A stretch of DNA of 64,000 nt from Eledone cirrhosa. Lineage: Eukaryota. Of the stretch, positions 16,466-31,999 are shown piece after piece (position 1 is the stretch's first letter; each line of letters opens with the position of its first letter). The stretch is taken from NCBI GenBank assembly GCA_964016885.1, contig OZ024751.1:24118001-24182000 (forward strand). Direction: 5' to 3'. Below the pieces are notes generated by a model. It was given only the letters and a program-made list of their open reading frames with translations, was not told the origin of the DNA and searched no databases. Both the position numbers and the translations under genes were made by a program.

Positions 16466-16524
16466 GCGCCATCTAGCGGATTCCAACAGAGGCTAAGGAT
16501 AGGTAACTAATGACAATGACGTCA
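16466..16524. promoter_or_regulatory. CTCF-like motif and nearby CRE palindrome
   Basis: gcgccatctagcgg (reverse complement ccgctagatggcgc) at 16466-16479; tgacgtca at 16517-16524. Confidence 0.4.
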
Positions 16525-16764
16525 TCGTTCCTGACTCTGGTCGTTATCAAACTAGTGCTTGATACGGTATGTTTATAAATAAGCATTTTAAAGCCTTCAA
16601 TTATGAATTTGGAAACTGATGGCGTGCAAACGATACGACCCCACACCAAAACATTGTATTAGTCGTGTATTTAATTGTGAATGAAAACTAAAACTAAAAC
16701 GGTTATTTGTTGAATGAGGAATCAGCAACAGCAATACAGAAAACAATATATGTATATATATATA

Positions 16765-17106
16765 TTTGTTTTGCGAGGTTTTTGATATGAAATCATGTGT
16801 CGAAACAAATATTGTTATACAGAAAGATTGCGTAGATATACAATACAACAGGAGGAATATAATAGCAGCACTGACGATGTTGCAGATGTGCAACGAAAGA
16901 ACTTTTTTAGACTATATATATGTGTTTGTGTCAATATTATATCTGTATTTTTTACCGTTGGTCAGTCAATGGTAAACATTGAGGACCGAATAAGTTAACT
17001 GATATAAAAGATACAGAAGCGAAAACCAACCAAACAGTGAATGTGTTCTGTTATTAATTCTGGCAATATTATTACAACAATATGATCCTCCCCAAGTATA
17101 ACAATA
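16765..17106 (+). mobile_element. Diverged PLE family-5 inverted element with HHR core at 16871-16904
   Basis: CTGACGA-T-GTTGCA/TGCAAC-GAAAGAACTT with decayed stem I; both termini homologous to 57847-58830. Confidence 0.7.
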
Positions 17107-18029
17107 TATATATATATATATTGAGAATTGTTACCCGATTACTTTTAGGTAGATATCTTTGTCTTCGACTCGTAACAACCGATGATCATGGGAGCACCAC
17201 AGTGACGTATGAAGTTTCTTAGGTATTTTAAAGCTTCCAGAGCACATCTCATTTACATGTTTGAACAGCCGATTTCTTCCAAAGAAGGAAAGAGAGTAAG
17301 AGAGAGGATGTGAAAACGAAAGACAGAGAAAAGAATATACCCTACCTTAACACTATATTGGTAATTTTAGTCAAATGCGAAAGGATGAAAATCAAAGTTG
17401 ACCCTGGCATCATTTGAACTCGGAATGCGCGTACTACTAAAACAAATAGTGGCCGCAACGCATTCCAGCCAACTAACACTCTAACGGCACCACCAATCCA
17501 ACACCGTTTTAGATAAATATATACACTTTAAAACAGTTTAGTATTGTAGAAGCGGGGGCGGGTTCAGGAAGTTTAGGACGTAAAAGATTTTAGTAAATAT
17601 TATTTTAGCAGAGGCTCATATAGCTAAACATTTTACAGCCAAGTTGATAGCATCAATGTCCGTCTAATTATAAACTTTGAATCAAAACATTCTACAAGCA
17701 TTTTAATTACCTCTAGGAAATTGTTTCACATATTCAAGATATTCAATGATTAAAAACATGACATCAAAATAGTAATCGCATTTTAGCCAAATATAAATGA
17801 CCCAAAGGCATAAAGCAAGTAACTACGAACAGAATTCATTTAAATTTCGATTTAACATTATATGACAAATAATTACCCTTTAATAATTATAATTATTATT
17901 TTCTGGTATTTGAAATTCAGTGGCTACGGAAGATGAAGTCGACATCTATTTTAAAATAAAGCTTTTGAATTTCGAAACCAAAGTAGACCAATACAAAGTA
18001 TTCGTGAACAACAAAAATAATAACAATAA

Positions 18030-18250
18030 TTATTATTATTTCTACTTTTAGGCACAAGGCCAGCAATTTGAAAGGCAGGTAAAAGTCACTTAAATCGACC
18101 CCTGTGCATTACTGGTGCTTTATTTATCGACCAAGTAAGGATGAAAGGCAAAGCTAAACTCGGCAGGATTTGAAATCAGAACGTAAAGGGGCGTAACTCT
18201 AAGTCGTAAAACATATTGTCCGACAATCTCCCGAAACTGCCATTTCACTG
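18030..18250 (-). mobile_element. SINE family A, long form
   Basis: Reverse complement of the family A body. Confidence 0.85.
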
Positions 18251-18261
18251 CCATATACTTG

Positions 18262-18340
18262 TTTATTTGGTTCCTTTACCGGTTTCGCAGTTCTTCTGCT
18301 TTTCAAAAGTAGAGTTGAGATGGAGGGTCTGTGGTTTTTC

Positions 18341-18342
<2 letters not shown>
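18262..18342 (-). ncRNA. Family-3 module with U3:A8 hammerhead variant
   Basis: Reverse complement reads ctactt-TTGAAAA-GCAG aagaa CTGC-GAAAC CG GTA-aagg. Confidence 0.6.
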
Positions 18343-18401
<59 letters not shown>

Positions 18402-18573
18402 CGTGTGTGTATGCTGAACCATATATATATATATATATATATATAATGTAGGAGGTGAGTTTTATTGTAGTACAATAAAGCAATGCAGATATCGGATAAG
18501 AAGCACTCTACAGTTTGTGGGACTGGAGTATACATAATATATAAGAACAAAAGATGGTTAAAGGAGTTCCATG

Positions 18574-18643
18574 TATTTTATTATACGTATTTCAAAACAA
18601 ATAGCATCATGCAATAATATTTGTGTTTTCATCAGATAAAACA
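18574..18643 (-). ncRNA. Hammerhead ribozyme family 2 (stem III ATACGTAT)
   Basis: Reverse complement reads tgttttat-CTGATGA-stem II-GAAA-TACGTATA-ataaaata. Confidence 0.8.
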
Positions 18644-19230
18644 GGAGGACATGATATGAACGCTAAAAAACACTTGTGGATAGTTCAGTTTTAAATCAAC
18701 ATATGAGAAGTAGTTTTAGATTGATGTGTGATATTGGGAAAAATATTTTATTTAGAGGGAGGGGTGGAATGGATGAAAAAAGAGGAGGAGATGAGAGTGA
18801 AGGTGGAGAGGGAGGAGTATAGTGAGGAAGGATGAGATAGGAGGAGAGATGGGTGATAGAGAGAGAGAGATAGTTTTTATAACTGAGAAAGATATATTGT
18901 TGTACATAGAGAGGTTGAAAACCGTTGGAAGATAATGTATAAATTAAAAGAATTTTCAACCTCTCTATGTAAAACAATATATCTTTCTCAGTTATAATAA
19001 CTATCTCTCTCTCTCTATCATCCATCTCTCCTCCTATCTCATCCTTCCTCACTATACTCCTCCCTCTCCACCTTCACTCTCATCTCCTCCTCTTTTTTCA
19101 TCCATTCCACCCCTCCCTCTAAATAAAATATTTTTCCCAATATCACACATCAATCTAAAACTACTTCTCATATGTTGATTTAAAACTGAACTATCCACAA
19201 GTGTTTTTTAGCGTTCATATCATGTCCTCC

Positions 19231-19301
19231 TGTTTTATCTGATGAAAACACAAATATTATTGCATGATGATATTTGTTTTAGAAATGCGCATAATAAAAT
19301 A
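19231..19301 (+). ncRNA. Hammerhead ribozyme family 2
   Basis: tgttttat-CTGATGA-stem II-GAAA-TGCGCATA-ataaaata. Confidence 0.8.
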
Positions 19302-19329
19302 CATGGAACTCCTTTAACCATCTTTTGTT

Positions 19330-21483
<2,154 letters not shown>

Positions 21484-22574
21484 ATGTTTAATATAGAAAT
21501 GTCTTCTAAAGGAGTAGAACTTCTAAAGAAACCACCAGGGTTGAAAATATACACGTGATATGTACGTATATGTGCATACTCATATATCCATTTCTCAGAA
21601 AACTTTATATAATGTCAATTATATATTCCTTATTTTATGTTTTGTATTATTAGTGAAATATAATCAAGAGGAGACCAGAAATTATCGGAGACTCATGATT
21701 GTATCCCGTTCTTTTTGGCACCTGCAACTTTAAAAATTATATTCAACATAGAAATGTATTATTTCACCGTATAAAAATTTATCATTTTAACGTAAAAATA
21801 TTCAAGAAACGAAAAGAAATAAACGTATCTAATCACACATAAAATATCTTATAATTAGACAAAGTTGCATAAAGTTTTCCATTTTACTCACTAAACAGTG
21901 AAACTTTCAATATTCAATTTCGCTTAGATCTTTAATTTCGCTGACTTTGAGAGGTAATTTATTTTTTCTCTGCAGAACTTTAATCACGTCACAGATTTGC
22001 AAACTGATTGGAACAGTATACCTACTTAGCAAATGTATTGTAGTATTATCTCGTCAATTCATCCAACTCGATGCATGTTCATTTTGTATTACAAATAAAT
22101 GAGTCTCGACCAATCTTTTTGTATTTTCTACATTTCCTCTTTCTTCCATCAAGCCAGAGAATCGTATGGTTAACCCACGGATTCTACTGGAGCAACGTGA
22201 AATGAAGTGCTTTGCACAGAAATACAACGCGCTATCTGGTACAGTTACGTACTGATGTCGATTAAATCGACTTGCCCACATTCTTCGCCTTCTCCTAATG
22301 ATAGAACTATTTTTATTATCAAGTCTGATGATATATTTTTGTTTGTATTCAGGAAATAAAAAGACGAATTATAAAACATAAATCTTTATCAAATTTTCTC
22401 AACTATTAATTAAATTGATCGACTATAGTTATCATGATCACTTGTCTTAGTGCGTACACATTTCACTTATAAAATTGTCATAAGTCAGTCGGAGTTTACA
22501 ATGATAACTACAGGCTTAAAGTCTTCTAAACAGTCGAAATTGTTGCCAACCAGCTGTTTAGTGTAACAGTTGGC

Positions 22575-22945
22575 GCACTGAGTTAAAATCCTGCTGAGGT
22601 TAGTTTTGCATTTCATCCTTACGAGGTTGATAACATAAAGTACCCGTAATACACTGGGGTCGATTAGATCGACTTTCCCCTCCGCTAAAATTGTTTGCCT
22701 TGTGCCGAAATCAGAAACTATTAAACTTGTTAGTTAAAGTGGTGGGTTGACTGTATCAGTGAGCACTGAACACCATGCTTTGCGGCATAGATACACGTCC
22801 CTTTACATTCTGATTTCAAATTCCACCGTGGTTAGCTTTGCCGTTCATCCTTACGTGGTCGATAAAATAAAGTACCAGTAACGTACTGGTGTCGATTTAA
22901 AATGCTTTCCTCTGGCATTGTGCCTAAATGAGAAACCAATATAAT
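22575..22945 (+). mobile_element. Two head-to-tail SINE family A copies
   Basis: Core motif occurs twice. Confidence 0.8.
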
Positions 22946-23729
22946 AATGGTTAGAAAGGTATTTTTCGTCCATTTTGTTTTCGTCTTTATCTTCTTGGTG
23001 TGGGGTAAGCTGTAAATGGTTATTAAGAGGGATAACAAACACGAGCTATCATAACAAGCTATATCTTCAATATCTAATCAGGAATCATTCATTCTTTCTT
23101 TCTTATTTTTTTTATTTCTATTCTTCTTCGTGCTGTGTAATCTGCCCTGCGTTATATTATACTGATAATAGCTGCGTTGATTTTATTCAAATCCCCATAA
23201 AAATTAGGTATTCAAGAACAGAAAATGATTATTTCATACAGATTGATTTTAAGTCTATTAATTTCATAATAATTTCTCGAATTTTTGTTAGTTTTAAGTT
23301 TGGATACTTCTCAATTTCAATTAGATACAAAATTGCTATAAAATATATTGAAATTACGTAATCTCTACTGGAGGGTATTTTACTGGAAAAATAAGTAGGC
23401 TTCCGGCTTTCGGTGTTTTGTGTCCTCCCTGGTGATTGTTTGTTTGTTTGTTTATTCTTCTTACAGCTGACACGCCTGTTTGCATCTGATGAGAATTTCC
23501 TAGGTTGTCGTAAGCTCTCTGAGTTTCATACTGCGTTGAATGGAAATAGTGTTCATTGAATACGTGTGTGTGATTGCTTCTATTCATTTGACTGCAACGC
23601 TGCTTGTTAATAATGAATTTTGTCCAAATTGTTTGAGTGTTGGTAAAAATGTCTTGCGGTGTATATTCACCATGCAATGTTTTGGGAGAGTTGCTACAAT
23701 GCCATGAGAGAGTCCATATGACGTTGTAT

Positions 23730-23850
23730 ATAATGCTTTGCAGCATTTCTTCCGGTTTTCTACGTTCTGAGTTGAAATTCCGCCGGGATCAACTTTATTT
23801 TTCATCCTTTCAAGGTCGATAAAATAATACAATTCAAGTACCGGGTTCAA
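23730..23850 (+). mobile_element. SINE family A, partial
   Basis: ttctgagttgaaattccgcc...tttcatcctttcaaggtcgataaaat. Confidence 0.7.
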
Positions 23851-24783
23851 TTCTTCCTCTATACCTCTGTTTTTATTTCCTAGAAGAAATCGGTCTGTTC
23901 AAAGCAGGAAAGGGGATGGCTTCCGCCAGGTTTAATAAGCACCCAAGGAACGCCGTATAACACTAGATGTTACGGCTCCATACATATATACATATACATA
24001 TATTATTGCATTTAATTGCTACTGTTCATTTTTTTCCTGCAGCCCCGCTTGCTAATGATGGCTTTTGTTAACATTTTTAGGGCGCTGGTAATATATATTG
24101 CGATATGTATGCTCCACCATCGTAATGACGGAATGCAAAGATAACTTCGACTGGATTTGAACTCAGAATATAAAGGAGAGCAACTAAATACATTAGTTAT
24201 TTTTGTTCAATGTTTTAATGATTCCGCTAATCCAGTGATAAACACTTTCTACCGCCGTGTACCCCACCATTATAGTTGTTGAGACACGTGTATATATTTT
24301 AATCGCCTTTTTTTTTAACGTATTTCTCTATATTATATGTTTTGAGATAGTTATATAGCGTCAATATAGAAGAATTATATAAATTCTTATCACTATCTCA
24401 TATAGCCTTGCAAACATCTGTTTAATAGGCATTATTAGACATCGTTTGATGATTGGCTTTTTCTGAAAGAAATTGATGAGGTAATTAAAATTATCTCAAA
24501 CTATAATCATACCAAGTCATGCAAACTATATTTATTTAAAATTTATTAGTTATTCTGCGGCAAATATGTCTGTTGTTTTTATATTTTCATGTCAGATGAA
24601 TTCTATCGCTAGATACTCCATTAAAATCTATAAATGATATCAATTTTTTTAAAGGACCTGCGTAAGTTTCGACGATAATTGTTCTAATTGTTCGATCAGG
24701 AAATTATTGTGAAATAAGTAGGTGGGTGAGCATTCCATAGGCATGTGCAATTTTTAATCAGGCTCAGCGTGACACATGTGTTA

Positions 24784-25036
24784 GAAGAATACGACTCGTA
24801 CAGGCTCACCCCTTATCTCCCTTTGTTGTGGAACTCTTCTTTGTTAGACGTCAAAGCACATTCGTCACTTTGCAAATGGTTTCCTCGTGGACACATACGT
24901 GCTGAGAACTTCTTTTGTCATTGCGTCAGAATTAAAGTCGTGAGAGAAGCAAAAAGTGTTCGAGACTCATTTATGACAAAAGAAGAGTTCCATAACACGG
25001 GAGATAAGGGGTGAGCCTGTACGAGTCGTATTCCTC
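24784..25036. mobile_element. MITE-like element with ~60-bp TIRs
   Basis: gaatacgactcgtacaggctcaccccttatctccc ... gggagataaggggtgagcctgtacgagtcgtattc; TA on both sides. Confidence 0.7.
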
Positions 25037-25149
25037 TATGTATAGTTTTTGCTTTGAAATTTTTATTATATATATAATCAATATATATATATATATAATC
25101 AATTTGAAGACTATATATATATGTATATATATGTTTATATATATATAGT

Positions 25150-25237
<88 letters not shown>

Positions 25238-25238
25238 A

Positions 25239-25285
<47 letters not shown>

Positions 25286-25385
25286 ATAATAATAATCTGT
25301 TCTTTTGATAAATATATATATATGTGTGTGTATTTATAATTATATATATATATTTATATATATCTTTATATATATATATATAAAT

Positions 25386-25487
<102 letters not shown>

Positions 25488-25824
25488 GTTTATATACATG
25501 TGTGTGTGTGTGTATTGACCGCTGTACATCTGTGAAAGAGATAAAGATCCGCGAAAACAATAGACCGGTGTTTTATTTTACCTCCCATCGCAATTCTACT
25601 GCAGATTGATCTGGTGAAAACGTAGAATTATTGATGTTTTCATTTGCGAAATGGGATAAACAAACGAATAAAATACGTATTATATATAGTATAATGTGAA
25701 ACACCTCATGAATATATTCAAATGTTTTTCATATGTTATATGTTATTCCATTCCTCTCCTCTGACAATCGAATTAATGTATTTTCATATATATACTTTAT
25801 ATACATTATGTATATATGTGTGTG

Positions 25825-25856
<32 letters not shown>

Positions 25857-25858
25857 AT

Positions 25859-25898
<40 letters not shown>

Positions 25899-26418
25899 TA
25901 TATAGAGAGATACATGAAATATAATGTTTTGTTCAAAGAATAGTCGAACTCACAATCTTACTATTGTAAGTCAAATTCACACAACACTGAGCCACGAGCT
26001 TTCACTAAGCCATATATATATATATACAAAACATAAATACTCACAAACTAACAGACAAACGGACAGGCTGATAATGCCAGAGTCAATGAATGAAATGTTG
26101 AGAAACAAGCAGAAAATCTTTGGCAGATTCACAAATATAATCTTGGAAATTTTCCAAATATTTTAAGTGTACGATATTGTAATAATATGGTTTGGTATAC
26201 TTGTATTCAATGTTTATCTAATGACCTCAATTTTGGATAAATGTATTCATCTGACACATGACAAAATATCTGCATCTATGTCCATTATCCTCACCCTGCG
26301 TGCATTTATGTATGTATGTATGTATGTATGCATGTATGTATGTATGTATTTATATATGTTTGTGTGCATACAATTAAGTATACATGTATGCATATATGTA
26401 ACTCTCTTTCTGTCTCCA

Positions 26419-26473
<55 letters not shown>

Positions 26474-26628
26474 GTTTGTGTGTGTGTGTGTGTGTTTGTG
26501 TGTATGGATGAGATGTTACCAGTAAAACCATTAATTATTCACCCTAATAACATATTCTTTAAAAGAAGCTAGATCCTAGATATTCTATGGATTCTTTGTT
26601 TTCAGTTTAAGCTACCGCAGACCAAGTC

Positions 26629-26668
<40 letters not shown>

Positions 26669-26669
<1 letters not shown>

Positions 26670-28380
26670 GATAACATCAGACAGTTGTTGAGCAAAAGTA
26701 TGAAGTCCTGGAAAACAGAGTTAGCATCAACTGGAGAATCCCTGGGAGGCGTGACGATCAAGAGAGGTATCTTCCAGGGAGATAGTCTGTCTCCTCTGTT
26801 GTTTGTCCTTGCCCTGATGCCCCTGACCATTATACTGCGAAAGGTGAGAGCAGGATACAAGTTGGGAAAGGGAGAGCTTAAGCTCTTCGGGAAGAGTGAG
26901 AAGGAGTTGGATGTGCTTGTTGACACTGTCCGTATTTTCAGCAATGATATATGTATGCAATTTGGTATTAGTAAGTGTGGAGTCCTTGTGATGAAGAGGG
27001 GTAAATTGAGCAGAAAAAACGGAATCCAGGTACCAATAGGTGAGATGATAAAGGAAATTGAAACTGAAGAAGGATACAAGTATTTGGGTATTCTGGTGGC
27101 TGATGACATCAACAACAACAAAATGAAGGAATTGATAAGATCTGAATACATTCGGAGAATAAGGAGCGTATTAAAGTCACATCTGAACAGTAGGAATGCC
27201 ATAAGTGCAGTAAAATCCTGAGCTGTGTCTATTATTAGGTACAGTGCGGGAATTCTGAGATGGAATGTTGCTGAACAAAAAGAAATGGATAAGAAGACTA
27301 GGAAGCTATTGACTATCTACAACATGTTCCACAAGAGGAGTGATGTCGATAGACTCTACTTAAGGAGATCTGAAGGTGGAAGAGGTCTTATTAGCATAGA
27401 GGACTGTGTTCAGATTGAGAAAAACATCCTACACAAATACGTGACCGATAGTAAGGAGCCAATGCTCAGAATTGTACTGAAGGAGAGGACAATAGACCAG
27501 GGGATGTCCAAGGAGGAAATAACAACGAGGAGAAAGAGCAGCCTTCATGAAAAATCCCTTCATAGTACCTTCTTTGAGAAAACGGAATTCAGAGATCCAC
27601 AGACATGGAACTGGTTGAGAAGAACAGACCTTAAAAAGGCTACAGAAGGAATGCTAATGGTTGCGCAAGAGCAGGCCCTCAAAACGAAGTGGCTGAAACA
27701 CCATATTTACAAGGAGGAGACTAGCCCACTGTGCAGGATCTGTGGAGAGAGAGAGAGGAGACTGTGGCTCACATTGTATCCGAGTGTAAACACCTAGCCC
27801 AGACTCACTATAAAGGCTGGAGACATGATGTGATGGGCAGGGTGATCCACTGGCACCTATGCAAAGTAAACAACTTACCACATTCTGAGAAGTGGTATGA
27901 GCATAAGCCAGAGTAGGTGATAGAAAACGATCAGGTAAAGCTGCTATGGGATTTTAGTATACAGACAGACAAAAAATTAGAACACAATAGGCCTGACCTG
28001 GTGGTTTTGGACAAGGAAAAAAGGTCATGCCTGATTGTAGATGTAGCCTTCCCATTTGACATGAGAGTGCAAGAGAAGGAGGGGGAGAAAATTAACCAAT
28101 ACCAGGACTTAAAGTGGGAGGTAAAAAGGATTTGGAACTGCCATGAAGTCAGAGTCGTCCCGATTGTCATAGGCGCACTAGGTACTATCTCAAAAAGTTT
28201 CCAAGGATGGTTAAAGAAAATTGGCTCCGCCCCGCTTTTTGGAACACTTCAAAAGGCATGCTTGCTGAGAACAGCAAGAACCCTCCGATACGTCCTGAAT
28301 ATCTGAAGCTGCATGTAGCGGCTTGATATTCATTTCAACAAACTTTCCAGTTAAATAACAGCAATGACTGAAACTCAAAG
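26669..28380 (+). mobile_element. 5'-truncated R4/Dong-clade non-LTR retrotransposon (RT C-terminal half, CCHC knuckle, REL endonuclease), pseudogenised
   Basis: GIFQGDSLSPLLF; YKYLGI; CRICGE..ETVAHIVSEC; RHD; RPDLVV..DVA..EK...Y; stops and frameshift; the YxDD segment is missing before LKLFGK; (TAA)n on both sides. Confidence 0.92.
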
Positions 28381-28399
28381 AATAATAATAATAATAATA

Positions 28400-28565
28400 A
28401 TAATGTTTCTAGAGTTGGTACAAGGGCCCCAGTGCATTACTGGTGCTTTATTCTATCGATCCCGTAAGTTAATCTCGGCGGATTTGAACTCGGGTCGTAA
28501 AGGACCATAACTCTATGCTGCAAAACATGGCGTTTGACGCTCTATCGATACTGCCAAACCACCAT
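28400..28565 (-). mobile_element. SINE family A, internally deleted
   Basis: Reverse complement of head and core. Confidence 0.75.
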
Positions 28566-28605
28566 TGACGCAAGCTTTGTTGTTTACAGAGCAGGCATCA
28601 TCCAG

Positions 28606-28607
<2 letters not shown>

Positions 28608-28636
<29 letters not shown>

Positions 28637-28646
28637 GCTGCTGCTG

Positions 28647-28710
<64 letters not shown>

Positions 28711-28868
28711 ATTCAACAACTTCTTTGTCTTGAGTGGTCTTTGGTATTTGTGTTTGATATTAGTGGTCTCCCATGGTAAAAGTTGTGTAGCATCTTCGTT
28801 GTTTCTCATGACATGACCTGCAAGTTGAAGACACCTAAAGCGGAGGGTATGATTAATGGGCGGGAGTT
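28608..28868 (-). mobile_element. RTE LINE 3' relic with (TAG)n tail
   Basis: LPPINHTLRFRCLQLAGHVMRNNEDATQLLPWE...QRP resembles the RTE pattern RRLRLAGH..R...LWEP...GRP. Confidence 0.7.
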
Positions 28869-29019
28869 TGCGGGAAGTAGCGAAACACATGCGAAAGTCA
28901 GATTCATTTAATATTGATAATTTCAAAGACAAAAATACAGTAAAAAGGAGATTAGAACGCTGAAGATATAAACATTTTGATGTTAAAGAAAATAGATGGA
29001 CCATATGTGAGGGACACAG

Positions 29020-29385
29020 AAGCTGAAACTGATGTGGGAAAATGCACCCTTGATATGTACCACTCTTGAGTAGGCCCTAAGACCGAACTATATAAACCAT
29101 TGTGTTAACCACAAATTAGAAAGGGACTCATGTAGAATGTGTTGGGGGAAAGGTGAGACTCTGGGGGTATATCACGAGTGAATACATAAAACTAGCCACA
29201 AAAGACTACAAGCTAAGTCATGATGATGTGGCAAGGAACGTACATTGGGAGCTGTGCAAAACGTATGGCCTTGAGACGGCAGGTATAGTTTACGAACACA
29301 AACCAGGACGCATTGGGGAAAATAATTGGGTCAACATCCCGTGAGATTTCGTGGTCCAATGTGACATAGGAATCCAAATCTCATG
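29020..29385 (+). mobile_element. Older R4/Dong-like fragment (zinc knuckle region)
   Basis: SCRMC..GET..YITSEYIKLATKDYKLSHDDVARNVHWELCKTYGL...YEHKP is homologous to about 27650-27960. Confidence 0.75.
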
Positions 29386-29409
29386 GCGCAATGTGACATA
29401 GGAAACCAG

Positions 29410-29448
<39 letters not shown>

Positions 29449-29514
29449 AGACAGCCTCCAAAAGTAATGGTTGTATTTTAAAAGCGTACGTCAAACCTAT
29501 TTGTAAAACTGTTA

Positions 29515-29591
29515 TATATTGTATTTTGTCTGATGAAGGCATACCATAATTTAATGTGGTATCCCTGAAATATGTATAATGAAATAAATAT
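29515..29591 (+). ncRNA. Hammerhead ribozyme family 1 (in a ~165-bp repeat at 29445-29607)
   Basis: atattgtattttgt-CTGATGA-aggcatacca/tggtatccct-GAAA-TATGTATA-atgaaataaatat. Confidence 0.8.
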
Positions 29592-30060
29592 GGTTTTATA
29601 AATATAGTTTCCATTTATTAATATCTTATATATATATATATAACGTATTAAGCGAGTAAATTACGTTGTACACATTAAGTATTCGCAAATGTTTTTTTAG
29701 AAACATTGATGAATAATTTATGTGGGTTATCAGAATATTTCAGGATTTGCTTATACTTTACATTCTTAACATGAATACTTTAGGGTAAAAAATAACGAAA
29801 CAAAAGCAATAATTCACGAAAATATATACCGAGTCATATTTCTACAGAAGGTCAATCGTTTTATGTTTCCAGTCTTCTTTTTAACAAGAATCAACAGAAC
29901 TAAGATCAAAATTTTATCGGAATATTAAATATGCATATATGAAGAATCCAATGGTTCACTCAAGGAACTAAGGAAAATATGAGTTTTAAAAAATAATAAA
30001 ACTCTCTTAACACCGTCAAACTAGAGTAAGCGGAATATCCATTTATCTCGATGTTCTATT

Positions 30061-30095
30061 GATGGTGATGGTGATGGTGATGGTGATGATGATGG

Positions 30096-30141
<46 letters not shown>

Positions 30142-30231
30142 GAAGAAGAAGAAGAAGAAGAAGAAGAAGAAGAAGAAGAAGAAGAAGAAGAAGAAGAAGA
30201 AGAAGAAGAAGAAGAAGAAGAAGAAGAAGAA
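30061..30231 (+). repeat. (GATGGT)n(GAT)n(GAA)n compound microsatellite
   Basis: Direct reading. Confidence 0.95.
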
Positions 30232-30605
30232 AGTGTATATGTACTAAAATATAATATGTTTATGCGTAATAAACATACGTATAGGGTGAGTGTGAATATT
30301 TTAAGCCATAGTGATATCACAGGTAACTTATTATCCGTGTAAAATCAGAATATATATATTTCAAGATTGTCAACCATCTTCAGTTGACGTCTATATGCTA
30401 CCGGATTCTAAGATACGAAAACCAATATATACCCGTTCGGGTTAGGTTTAAGGCTAAGGTTAGTCCTGCAGCATGGCACCTTTAGAGTTATCTATTGTAG
30501 CCACGAGTTCTCGAGTTGACTAATGTCTTGGAAGTGGAATTTGGTAAACGGAAGATGAAAAAGGCCATTGTATATAGTTTTATATATATATATATATATA
30601 TATAT

Positions 30606-30813
30606 ACTAGTACATCGTTCCTTTGTTGAACAAAAGGGCAACGATGGTTGCTAAACATTGTACGGCTTAATTCGGGATGTTTGTTTACAAACAAACCGAG
30701 CATTATAATAAATGCTCGGTAAAACCATACGTACTTATATATATGTGTGCATGTATGTATATATATACATACTACTGTACGTCTGTATACATATATGTAT
30801 GTACGTATACATA

Positions 30814-30818
<5 letters not shown>
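30606..30818 (+). mobile_element. Fragment of the 57-kb HHR repeat family, beginning within stem III (ACTAGTA)
   Basis: Homologous to 57575-57790; bounded by (TA)n. Confidence 0.75.
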
Positions 30819-30884
<66 letters not shown>

Positions 30885-31562
30885 TTATATATATGTGTAT
30901 ATGTATGTGTTTGTGCATTTGCGTCCAAAGGTGTGTAGGTTTATGTATGCATATGTTATCCTGTAACTGGTGTAAACATGGGGGAATATTACTAAGATTA
31001 ATCGCTAGCCACAAGCATTTATCAACAACATTATTTATAGTCTAGTCCACATATATGTCTGTATTTAATGATTGATATCTACTAACACTTCAAATGAAGT
31101 ACGTATGTACATAAGAGGATAAATACCAAGTAGATTATTTAATATAAAGACATTATGTTGTTTAAAAGAAAGCTAATAGGCAGGACGACTTTATTATGTT
31201 CGGCACATGAAAGGCGCATTGGAGAATGCATATTTAACATGTTACACAGTATTTATTGACAGATTATCCATGTAATTGCATATACCTACTCGAGAATAGA
31301 TATTATTCAATGATATCTGTTTACGACGTCATGTTAGGCGGACAATAAGTTGGTTTAGATAGACGTGCTGGCCGTTATGAGATATGCTGTTAGTGAAAAC
31401 GGATTGGTGTGAACTCCATACAATTTAAAGGATATTAGTATCATATTACTAAAATATGCTTTGATTATGGAATCTAATAAGCGTGAAACTTGTCTGTTAC
31501 TTTCACCATTTAATATAAATCTGAGCCACTGTGAATTGCATTGTCTATTTTGTTAAAATATA

Positions 31563-31631
<69 letters not shown>

Positions 31632-31824
31632 GGGGGGGGGGGATGATGGCTATTAATTCTGCTAAGAGTATTGCAATCGTTTGTTAGATTACAGAAAATG
31701 GTACACTTTTAGGCTACGGCCAGCCACACGAACTTGTCACAGATCCTGAACTTTGCCTGTACTTTGAAGGTTTTTTAAGTGTGGAAAGGGCTTGCATTCG
31801 GGTAATATGGGTAATATGAAAAGA

Positions 31825-31926
31825 GTCAGGACCCTGAGTCTGAGCTCCGGCCGTTTCGACAGCTAGATCCGAACTATCGGATCCAACTGTCGAAACGGCC
31901 GGAGCTCAGCTCTCGGGGTCCTGACT
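31825..31926. repeat. ~100-bp GC-rich palindrome related to family 4
   Basis: gtcaggacc...gagctccggccgtttcgacag / ctgtcgaaacggccggagctc...ggtcctgac. Confidence 0.8.
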
Positions 31927-31963
31927 ATTTGTGTATATATATATAAATATATATATATATATT

Positions 31964-31994
<31 letters not shown>

Positions 31995-31999
31995 TGTGG

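Larger units (their letters stand above)
18446..19334. mobile_element. PLE family-2 fold-back: ~380-bp inverted arms, ~30-bp loop, ~95-bp extra tail on the left
   Basis: 18540-18921 is the reverse complement of 18953-19334; HHR in each arm; flanked by (TA)n. Confidence 0.9.
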
